From positions 33,976-97,975 of the forward strand of contig CAYVOL010000003.1 of assembly GCA_964453135.1 (NCBI GenBank): a stretch of DNA of 64,000 bases, in the 5' to 3' direction. The translations under genes and the position numbers were made by a program. Shown here in pieces: positions 57,219-64,000 of this stretch. The number at the start of each line of letters is the position of its first letter. Position 1 is the first letter of the stretch. The notes beneath the pieces are model-generated. The model did no database searches and was not told the origin of the DNA. It worked only from the letters and a program-made list of their open reading frames with translations. Origin of the DNA: an uncultured Candidatus Saccharibacteria bacterium. GTDB lineage: Bacteria; Patescibacteriota; Minisyncoccia; UBA6257; UBA9933.

Positions 57219-57779
57219 TTAACAGCGCGGTTCGGGAAAAATTTCCGCAAGAATTTTCTCAAACGCAGTTTGGATTTTGCGTTCGTCGCTTGCCGTTATT
57301 GTTTTCAGCACGTACTCCTCCGCCTTTATCTTCCGCGCCGCGCCGTTATTTCTCTTATACTTGGCTATTCCTATCCTCAGTCTCCATAAATTTTTTGTGT
57401 TCAAAATTTTTATTATTGATTCCGCTCCTTTGTGTCCCGCCGACCCGCGCCCGAAAGAAAATTTATATTCTCCTATTTCAATATCCGCGTCGTCGTGGGC
57501 GATTAAAATCTCCCCCGGTTTTATTCCGAAGTATTTTATCGCTTCTTTTACCGCGTTCCCTGATTCATTCATAAAAGTTTTTGGCTTGACGACGGTTATA
57601 TTATTGTTTTTCAGATATTCAAATTTTTTGGCGGTTTTCAATTGCCGTTTATCTTCTGCCAGTCTATTTTTTATCAAATAGTCAACGAATAAAAAACCGA
57701 TGTTATGATAAGAGCGTTCGTAAGGCGCTCCGGGATTGCCCAAACCGATAATTAGCGAATAACGCGATTTGACATTCAT
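57219..57779 (-). CDS. pth: peptidyl-tRNA hydrolase
   Basis: It starts ...LIIGLGNPGAPYERSYHNIGF, and the conserved His and Asp context is present. Confidence 0.9.
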   Translation of the reverse strand: MNVKSRYSLIIGLGNPGAPYERSYHNIGFLFVDYLIKNRLAEDKRQLKTAKKFEYLKNNNITVVKPKTFMNESGNAVKEAIKYFGIKPGEILIAHDDADIEIGEYKFSFGRGSAGHKGAESIIKILNTKNLWRLRIGIAKYKRNNGAARKIKAEEYVLKTITASDERKIQTAFEKILAEIFPEPRC

Positions 57780-57840
57780 CTTAATTATATTAGAATATCC
57801 TCATAAAAATTCAATTTTTACCTGTTGGAAGTTAGTCAAG

Positions 57841-58389
57841 ATGAAATCATTTTTTTTCGCGGCGCGGGAAATATTGGAAGTAGTGCTAATCGCTATTATA
57901 GTAGTGGCGGGCGTGCGCGCTTTTTTAGTGCAGCCATTTTTGGTAAGCGGCTCCAGCATGGAGCCGACATTCCAAAGCGGCGATTATATTTTAATCAATG
58001 AAATATCTTATCGTTTTCGCGCTCCGGAAAGGGGAGAGGTTGTTGTTTTCCGTTTCCCGGGAAACGAATCCGTTTTTTACATAAAAAGAATTATTGGTTT
58101 GCCCGGAGAACGAGTGGTGATTAAAAACGGAGAAGTAAAGATATTTAATAAAAATCATCCTGATGGTTTTGCGTTAGGCGAAAATTATCTGGGAGTTCCG
58201 ATGCGGAAAATTGACGAGAGAGACGTTCTCTTGAAAGACAGCGAATATTTTATGCTGGGAGACAATCGCAATGCCAGTTCTGATTCGCGGCAGTGGGGAC
58301 CGGCGAAAAAATCGGAAATCATCGGGGAGGTGTGGTTAAGATTATGGCCGCTTAATAAGGTGATGGCTTTTGATAAGCCGGCGTATTAA
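57841..58389 (+). CDS. lepB: signal peptidase I
   Basis: The S26 boxes are GSSMEPTF (catalytic Ser), YIKRIIGLPGE (Lys box) and GDNRNASSDSRQWG. The start was moved from 57769 to the ATG preceding the TM segment. Confidence 0.85.
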   Translation: MKSFFFAAREILEVVLIAIIVVAGVRAFLVQPFLVSGSSMEPTFQSGDYILINEISYRFRAPERGEVVVFRFPGNESVFYIKRIIGLPGERVVIKNGEVKIFNKNHPDGFALGENYLGVPMRKIDERDVLLKDSEYFMLGDNRNASSDSRQWGPAKKSEIIGEVWLRLWPLNKVMAFDKPAY

Positions 58390-58521
58390 ACCATAAATCT
58401 TGAATCGCGAAACTTAAATCCCGAACCCTATTTTAATCTTGTTTATTTTTCCGTTTATCCCCCCATGGGGCGCCTGCTTAAGATGAAATCTAAAAAAGAA
58501 AAAATTAAAAACGAGAAGAAG

Positions 58522-59778
58522 ATGCTTATTCAAAGCGTGAAGGGGATGCATGACATTCTTCCCGACGAGCAGTTGCTGTGGGAAAAAATAAGGCAGACTG
58601 CCCGAAATATAGCCAATGATTATAATTTTTCCCGTTTGGACACGCCTGCGGTGGAATCGGCCGATCTTTTTGAAAGAAGCGCCGGGCTTGACTCCGATAT
58701 CGTCGAAAAACAAATGTATTTTGTGAAATCCAAGGGAAACGAACGTTTGGTTCTGCGTCCTGAAGGCACTGCTCCGGCGGTGCGTTCTTATTTTGAACAC
58801 GGCCTGGCGCGCATGGGGCTTCCTTTGAAAATTTATTATTTCGCGCCGATGTTCCGTTATGAACAGCCGCAGGCCGGAAGATACCGCCAGCATCACCAGT
58901 TGGGCTTTGAAATTTTAGGCGGAGAAAACGACCCTATTTACGACGCCCAAATTATTTCCGTTATCATCCGTTTTTTGGAGGAGCTGAAAATAAAAAACGC
59001 CTCTGTCCACATCAACAGCATTGGCTGTTTAAAATGCCGCGCGGCTTACTCCAAAAAATTGGAGGCCTATTATAGAAAATATCTCAAAGAAATTTGCAAA
59101 GATTGCCAAAAGCGGCTGGGAAAGAATCCTTTGCGTCTTTTGGATTGTAAAAACGAAAGATGCCAGATTGTTAAAACTGAAGCGCCGATTATTCTTAATT
59201 TTATCTGCGAATCATGCAAAAGGCATTTTAAGAGCGTTTTAGAATATTTAGACGAATTGAAAATCGCTTATTCCATCAATTCGCATTTGGTGAGAGGATT
59301 GGACTATTACAACCGCACAGTGTTTGAAATTTTTACCGAGGGATTTTCTTTCGCCATTGCCAGCGGAGGACGTTTTGATTATCTGGCGGAAATGCTGAAA
59401 TTGAAAAAGTTAAACGCCATGGGCGGGTGTTTGGGAATTGAAAGAGTGGCGGAGGCGATTAAAAGCGCGGGAAAACTGAACTTAACGAAGACTCCGTCCA
59501 AGGTTTTTTTTATTCATATCGGCGACGAGGCGAAAAAGAAGGGGCTTGTTTTGGTTGACGCTTTGCGCCGGGCCGGCGTGAAAACAGGCGAATCATTCGG
59601 GAAGGAATCGCTCAAGGCGCAGTTAAAAATTGCCGACAAAGAAGGGTCTTTGCTGGCATTGATTTTGGGACAGAGAGAAGTCTTTGAAGAAAGCGTTATT
59701 ATAAGAGATATGACTAGCGGCGCCCAGGAAACCATTGCCTTATCCAAAGTCATAGAAGAAGTTAAAAAAAGATTATGA
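58522..59778 (+). CDS. hisS: histidyl-tRNA synthetase (with Cys-rich insertion)
   Basis: Class II motif 1, motif 2 (FRYEQPQAGRYRQHHQLGFE) and motif 3, with an anticodon-binding C-terminus. The insertion domain carries 4 Cys pairs (CLKC...CKDC...CKNERC...CESC). Start chosen at MLIQSVKGMHD. Confidence 0.9.
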   Translation: MLIQSVKGMHDILPDEQLLWEKIRQTARNIANDYNFSRLDTPAVESADLFERSAGLDSDIVEKQMYFVKSKGNERLVLRPEGTAPAVRSYFEHGLARMGLPLKIYYFAPMFRYEQPQAGRYRQHHQLGFEILGGENDPIYDAQIISVIIRFLEELKIKNASVHINSIGCLKCRAAYSKKLEAYYRKYLKEICKDCQKRLGKNPLRLLDCKNERCQIVKTEAPIILNFICESCKRHFKSVLEYLDELKIAYSINSHLVRGLDYYNRTVFEIFTEGFSFAIASGGRFDYLAEMLKLKKLNAMGGCLGIERVAEAIKSAGKLNLTKTPSKVFFIHIGDEAKKKGLVLVDALRRAGVKTGESFGKESLKAQLKIADKEGSLLALILGQREVFEESVIIRDMTSGAQETIALSKVIEEVKKRL

Positions 59779-59827
59779 CTCGTTGTATGAATCTTGAATC
59801 GCGAAACACTGCTTAATTTATCGTGCC

Positions 59828-60232
59828 ATGTGTTTATTTTGCGATATTGCTCAGAAAAAAATTCCAGCGGAAATTATTTATGAGGACGAAGAGGCTTTGT
59901 CTTTTTTAGATATTCATCCGCGCGCTCCGGGGCACGCGGTGATAATTTCCAAAACACACTCGGAAAATATTTTGGATTTGCCCGAAGAAAAAGTAGGCTC
60001 TCTTTTTAAGGCTGTAAAAAAAATAACGTCTTTAATCGACCAGGCTTTTAAGCCCGACGGCTTTACAATCGGCATTAACCATGGTAAGGTAAGCGGACAA
60101 GCGGTGGAACATTTGCATGTTCACATAATTCCCCGCTGGCTTAATGACGGCGGCGGATCGCTCCACGGCGTTGTTAATAATCCGCCATCAGAGTCGCTTA
60201 AAGAAATAAAAAGTAAAATAATACAATCATAG
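59828..60232 (+). CDS. HIT-family (histidine triad) nucleotide hydrolase
   Basis: Histidine triad HLHVHIIP, with an N-terminal CxxC (CLFC). Confidence 0.85.
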   Translation: MCLFCDIAQKKIPAEIIYEDEEALSFLDIHPRAPGHAVIISKTHSENILDLPEEKVGSLFKAVKKITSLIDQAFKPDGFTIGINHGKVSGQAVEHLHVHIIPRWLNDGGGSLHGVVNNPPSESLKEIKSKIIQS

Positions 60233-60310
60233 TTATAAATTACGGATACATCCGAATGCCCCGAATAAATTAGCGGTATTCGCATAAATTCGTTGGTTAG
60301 CATTATTATT

Positions 60311-60520
60311 ATGGAATTAAAACGTCGCGGCGGAGAATCGGCAAGCGCTTTTCTCTACCGCTTTTCCAAAAAAATTCAGCACAGCGGAGTTTTGCGCGAG
60401 GCGAAAAAGAGAAGGCATCTCGGCCGCGCCATTAACAAAAATAAAAGAAAGGCCTCGGCTATATACAGAGAAAATAAAAAAGCGGAAGTGGAGAGGATGA
60501 AAAAGCTGGGGAAAATGTAG
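60311..60520 (+). CDS. rpsU: 30S ribosomal protein S21
   Basis: Small basic protein with the S21-like blocks AFLYRFSKK..GVLREAKKRRH and KNKRKASA. Start assumed at MELKRR (the ORF opens at 60293). Confidence 0.55.
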   Translation: MELKRRGGESASAFLYRFSKKIQHSGVLREAKKRRHLGRAINKNKRKASAIYRENKKAEVERMKKLGKM

Positions 60521-60643
60521 ATTTGAGTTCATAAAGTTTGTAAAGTTCATAAAGTTAGTTAAGGATTTAAGTCCATATTCATAGAGTTAGCATGGTAATG
60601 TGGTTCTTGCAGTTATATTTATAAACATTATAAATTTCACTAT

Positions 60644-61111
60644 TTGATGCTTAAGGAACAACTTCAGATTGATTTGAGGGAATCTCTTAAAACGCAGGAC
60701 GCAAAAAAAATATCCGTTTTAAGAATGCTCTCGGCCGCTCTTCACAATAAGGTTATTGAAAAAAGGGGGAAAGGGTTGGAAGGAGAATTAAACGATGACG
60801 AAGCGCTGGAGATTTTAATGAAAGAAGCGAAAAAAAGAAAAGAAGCGGCGGAGATTTATTCCAAAGGGGGAAGAAGTGATTTGGCTGAAAAAGAAAATGA
60901 AGAATACGAAATTATCAAGCGATACTTGCCGGAACAGATATCCGAAGAAGAATTAAAGAGAATCGCTGGCGCTGTTTTGGAACGGCTCGGCGTTAAAGAT
61001 ATCAAAGAGATGGGCAAGGCAATCGGAGAAGTGATGAAAGAAGTGAAAGGAAAAGCCGAGCCGCGTTTGGTGAGTGAAATGGTGAAAAAAATACTTAGTA
61101 AAGTTAATTAG
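60644..61111 (+). CDS. yqeY: GatB/YqeY-domain protein
   Basis: The YqeY pattern ...LRESLKTQD..K..VLRMLSAAL...E... is present, with a C-terminal GatB-like helical tail. Confidence 0.8.
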   Translation: MMLKEQLQIDLRESLKTQDAKKISVLRMLSAALHNKVIEKRGKGLEGELNDDEALEILMKEAKKRKEAAEIYSKGGRSDLAEKENEEYEIIKRYLPEQISEEELKRIAGAVLERLGVKDIKEMGKAIGEVMKEVKGKAEPRLVSEMVKKILSKVN

Positions 61112-61151
61112 TTTTTTTTAAGTTGCGTGTTACAAGACACAAGATTTCTAA

Positions 61152-62159
61152 ATGTTTATTCGTAAAATCGGCATTGATTTGGGAACAGCCAATACTGTTG
61201 TTTTTCTTCCGGATAAAGGTTTTGTGATAAACGAGCCGACCATCGTGGCTTTGAGCGCGCCCGACAATTCCGTGATGGCGGTAGGAAAAGAAGCAAAGGA
61301 AATGATCGGACGCACCCCCAGCGACATTAAAGCTTATCAGCCGTTAAGAGACGGAGTGATTGCGGATTATTATATCACTAAGGCCATGCTGGGGTATTTT
61401 ATTAAAAAAACATTGGGCATGTTTAATTTTTTTAAGCCCGATGTGGTGATTTCCGTGCCAGCCGGCATTACGCAGACCGAGCGCCGGGCTGTTGTTAACG
61501 CCGCCAAAGAAGCTGGCGCTAAAGCCGCGCATATCGTGCGGGAGCCGATTTTAGCCGCTCTGGGAGCCGGCATTCCCATTAACGCCCATTCGGGCAATAT
61601 GATTATCAACATCGGCGGCGGGACTTGCGAAGCCGCGGTAATTTCTTTGGGAGGAATTGTTTCTTGGTCCAGTCTGCGGGTGGCGGGCAATAAATTTGAT
61701 CAAGCCATCGCCGATTATATAAAGAAAAAATATTCTTTGGCTATCGGCCAGCAAACCGCGGAAAATATTAAAATTAAAATCGGCGCCGCTTTGCCGTCCA
61801 AAGAGAAAAGAACCATGGAAGTGAGAGGACGCGATTTGATTTCCGGTTTGCCCAAAGATATCGCTATTAGCTCCAATGAAATAGCCGAAGCCCTTCACGC
61901 GCATTTGCTGGATATTGCCGCGGCTATCCAGAATGTTTTTAACGAAACGCCGCCGGAACTGGTGGCGGACGTTATGGAAAAAGGAATAATACTTTCCGGC
62001 GGAGGAGCGCAAATCGCCCACCTTCCGGAATTTTTCAAAAGAATGCTGGGCGTGAATGTCTATGTGGCGGAAGAGCCGCTGTTTTGCGTGGCGAAAGGGA
62101 CAGGTTTAATTCTTAATCACTTAAATCTTTACAAGAGGACTTTGTTGAATAAACGTTAA
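61152..62159 (+). CDS. second MreB-family actin homolog (Mbl/MreB paralog)
   Basis: The motifs GIDLGTANT and INIGGGTCE are present. It aligns over its full length with the MreB at 54715. Confidence 0.85.
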   Translation: MFIRKIGIDLGTANTVVFLPDKGFVINEPTIVALSAPDNSVMAVGKEAKEMIGRTPSDIKAYQPLRDGVIADYYITKAMLGYFIKKTLGMFNFFKPDVVISVPAGITQTERRAVVNAAKEAGAKAAHIVREPILAALGAGIPINAHSGNMIINIGGGTCEAAVISLGGIVSWSSLRVAGNKFDQAIADYIKKKYSLAIGQQTAENIKIKIGAALPSKEKRTMEVRGRDLISGLPKDIAISSNEIAEALHAHLLDIAAAIQNVFNETPPELVADVMEKGIILSGGGAQIAHLPEFFKRMLGVNVYVAEEPLFCVAKGTGLILNHLNLYKRTLLNKR

Positions 62160-62175
62160 CCGGCATTTTGGTTTA

Positions 62176-63168
62176 ATGAACCAATATCAAAGATCTTACA
62201 TTGAATTTCTCCGGAAATTTCTAAAACCGGCGAAGCCGCTAAAAGTAGTTTTTGATTGTTCCAACGGCTCGGCGGGAATCGTATTGAAGCATTTATTATT
62301 CAATAGCCGGCGGACAAAAAAACTGAAAGTTTTTTTGATAAACGAAAATCCCGACGGAAATTTTCCGGGACACGGCCCTAATCCGTGGGCTGATAACGCG
62401 ACTGACCAATTAAAAAAAGAGGTTTTGCGGCAAAAGGCGGATTTGGGAATTATTTTTGACGCGGATGCTGACCGCGTTTTTTTTGCGGATAATCGCGGCT
62501 GCTTGCTTGATCCGGACGAAGCGGCTTATATGCTCATATGGCATTTAAAGCCCAAGAGGGCGGTGGCAGATATCAGGACAGGATGGCTGATAAGCAAATT
62601 GGCAATTTCTGATTTTCCCTTATCAATATCAAAATCAAAAGCAGGGCATTATTTTATAAAAAAAATAATGCGGCAAAAGGACGCTGATTTGGGCGTGGAA
62701 AAATCCGGCCATTATTATTTTAGAATTCCAAATTTGCGCGGAGGGACGCTTTATTACGATGACGGAATCTTGGCGGCTTTGGAAATGATTAACGCGGTGT
62801 CGCGTCTGCCTTATTCGCTCGCGGATTTCAGCGATTTGCTTCCGAAATATTATAGAAGCGGGGAAATCAACATCAGAATTCAGAATTCAAAATTCAAAAG
62901 CCAAAATCACAATTCAAAATCAAAAATACTAAAAAAGGTAGAGGATAGATATAAAAATACGGCGGCAAAGATTTCTCATTTAGACGGGCTATCAATGGAA
63001 TTTGAAAGTAATCTTTACGGTCAAGGGCTTGGGAGTGCCGGCGGCAATAGCTGGTGGTTTAATTTGAGGTTTTCCAACACCGAACCGTTTGTCCGCCTTA
63101 ATATGGAAGCCGAGAATGATGAGACGCTTGAAAAGGAGAAGAAAAAATTGTTATTGTTAATGAAATAA
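62176..63168 (+). CDS. alpha-D-phosphohexomutase-family protein lacking the N-terminal catalytic-Ser domain
   Basis: Domain II-IV blocks are present (VVFDCSNGSAG; GIIFDADADRVFF; EKSGHYYF) but there is no TASHNP-type domain I. It contains an in-frame 7-nt-period array (62867-62925). Confidence 0.5.
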   Translation: MNQYQRSYIEFLRKFLKPAKPLKVVFDCSNGSAGIVLKHLLFNSRRTKKLKVFLINENPDGNFPGHGPNPWADNATDQLKKEVLRQKADLGIIFDADADRVFFADNRGCLLDPDEAAYMLIWHLKPKRAVADIRTGWLISKLAISDFPLSISKSKAGHYFIKKIMRQKDADLGVEKSGHYYFRIPNLRGGTLYYDDGILAALEMINAVSRLPYSLADFSDLLPKYYRSGEINIRIQNSKFKSQNHNSKSKILKKVEDRYKNTAAKISHLDGLSMEFESNLYGQGLGSAGGNSWWFNLRFSNTEPFVRLNMEAENDETLEKEKKKLLLLMK

Positions 63169-63173
63169 TGCTA

Positions 63174-63239
63174 ACCGGCGAATTTATGCGAACACCGTGA
63201 ATAAATAAAAGGTCAACCGGCGAATTTATGCGAACACCG
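63174..63239 (+). repeat. 25-nt perfect direct repeat x2 (aaccggcgaatttatgcgaacaccg), 41-nt period, upstream of the YkuK-like gene
   Basis: Copies at 63174-63198 and 63215-63239, read directly. Confidence 0.85.
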
Positions 63240-63249
63240 CGAATTTTTT

Positions 63250-63720
63250 ATGTTTAACGATTCTTTCGGCAACAAATTATCTTTGGAGAAAGTGGTGCGG
63301 GAACTGGTTAATTTTATGCGGCAGGATGAAAGCAGGAAATATAAGGTAATCATCGGCACCGACTCGCAGTATCTGGAAGACAAAACCGCTGATTTTGTTA
63401 ACGCGGTTGTTATTCATCGGATAGGCAACGGGGGCCGGTATTTTTGGAAAAGAAGCCGGTCGGGCAAATTTTACAACATCCGCGACCGGATAATTCAGGA
63501 GGCGCTGGATTCTATTGAAATAGCGCGGAAAGTTTTGGAAAATCTAAAAAAATACGACACTCCGGGTTTTGCTTTTGAAATTCACGTGGATGTCGGAGAA
63601 AACGGCGCGACCCGCAGTATTATCAATGAAGTAGTGGGAATGGTGCGCGCCAATAATTTTGAGGTGAGAATTAAGCCGTACAGCTACGCGGCAAGCAAAG
63701 TGGCGGATAGGCATGTTTGA
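63250..63720 (+). CDS. YkuK/DUF458-family RNase-H-like protein (tentative)
   Basis: The blocks IIGTDSQ, VVIHRIGNGGRYFW, IHVDVGENG and KPYSYAASKVADRH match my recollection of the YkuK family. Confidence 0.5.
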   Translation: MFNDSFGNKLSLEKVVRELVNFMRQDESRKYKVIIGTDSQYLEDKTADFVNAVVIHRIGNGGRYFWKRSRSGKFYNIRDRIIQEALDSIEIARKVLENLKKYDTPGFAFEIHVDVGENGATRSIINEVVGMVRANNFEVRIKPYSYAASKVADRHV

Positions 63721-63748
63721 TAGCATTAAAAATTAAAATTATTAGAAG

Positions 63749-64000
63749 ATGGCGCTTGACACCATAGTAATTGACATTGAAACGAAAAATACTTTTTTTG
63801 ACGTAGGAAAAGATAATCTGGACGCCCTGGAAGTTTCTATGATCGGCGTTTATTCCTACGCCAGCCAGAGTTTTTTTTCTTTTGACGAAAATCAGATAAA
63901 GGAAGCGGTTGAATGTATCAAAGGAGCCGGTTTGATTGTGGGATTCAGCATCAATCGTTTTGATATTCCGGTTTTAAGTCGGCATCTTAATTTTGATTTG
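63749..64000 (+). CDS. RNase-H-like 3'-5' exonuclease-domain protein (5' part, runs off the window)
   Basis: IVIDIETKNTFFDVGKD...VSMIGV...GFSINRFDIPVL resembles the Exo I motif (DxE) region of PolB-type/YprB-like exonuclease domains. Confidence 0.35.
   Translation, partial: MALDTIVIDIETKNTFFDVGKDNLDALEVSMIGVYSYASQSFFSFDENQIKEAVECIKGAGLIVGFSINRFDIPVLSRHLNFDL

Noticed and set aside
58390-58521. T-box riboswitch leader upstream of hisS
   Set aside because: The leader is only about 130 nt and lacks a recognisable T-box consensus (AATTAGGGTGGNACCGCG) or specifier-loop arrangement. It is occupied by a heptamer array and a ttatcccccc motif.

Overview
This is an AT-rich, gene-dense bacterial chromosome segment, almost all on the + strand. 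Gene content and style look like a small-genome Patescibacteria/CPR-type organism with the standard genetic code (TGA, TAA and TAG all terminate ORFs). I found no rRNA, tRNA or CRISPR.

The main blocks are:
- **1-3.1 kb:** gyrA.
- **3.1-11.8 kb:** a type IV pilus/competence-like operon, with an anchored solute-binding-like protein, the PilB ATPase, the PilC platform protein, pilins/pseudopilins with G|FTLxE leaders, and the PilD prepilin peptidase.
- **11.8-21.3 kb:** a roughly 9.5 kb segment holding a Big_2/PKD surface protein, leuS and cysS. It is bracketed by inverted paralogous cassettes, each a glycine-rich tail-fibre-like secreted protein plus a membrane-anchored partner. The 5' ends of the cassettes and their promoters are nearly identical.
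- **21.3-29.9 kb:** an HtrA protease, an FtsQ-like protein, a KefB-like antiporter, an Mpg glycosylase, ScpB, a D-Ala-D-Ala carboxypeptidase, MraY and a degenerate MurF-like protein.
- **29.9-31.8 kb:** an isolated minus-strand gene for a 599-aa cysteine-rich protein. It is driven by a promoter that shares a 14-nt upstream motif with the cassette promoters and carries a C9 homopolymer in its spacer.
- **31.9-36.2 kb:** comM/yifB, a UvrD/PcrA helicase and rsmA.
- **36.2-50.4 kb:** a Gram-positive-style type IV secretion-like cluster. It has a VirB6/TcpH-like protein, a PrgI/VirB3-like protein and VirB4 split into two ORFs, with no relaxase or VirD4.
- **50.5-64 kb:** an orphan histidine kinase, Fpg, PBP2, MreB and MreC, a distal pilin, Pth, LepB, HisS, a HIT protein, S21, YqeY, a second MreB, a truncated phosphohexomutase-like ORF and a YkuK-like protein.

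Two non-coding signatures stand out. The first is a pervasive family of degenerate 7-nt-period tandem repeats (WWCTTGA and reverse complement) filling intergenic spacers and inserted in frame inside leuS, rsmA, pilin genes and others. The second is three copies of a roughly 200-nt structured dispersed element carrying repeated CAGGATGAC motifs.
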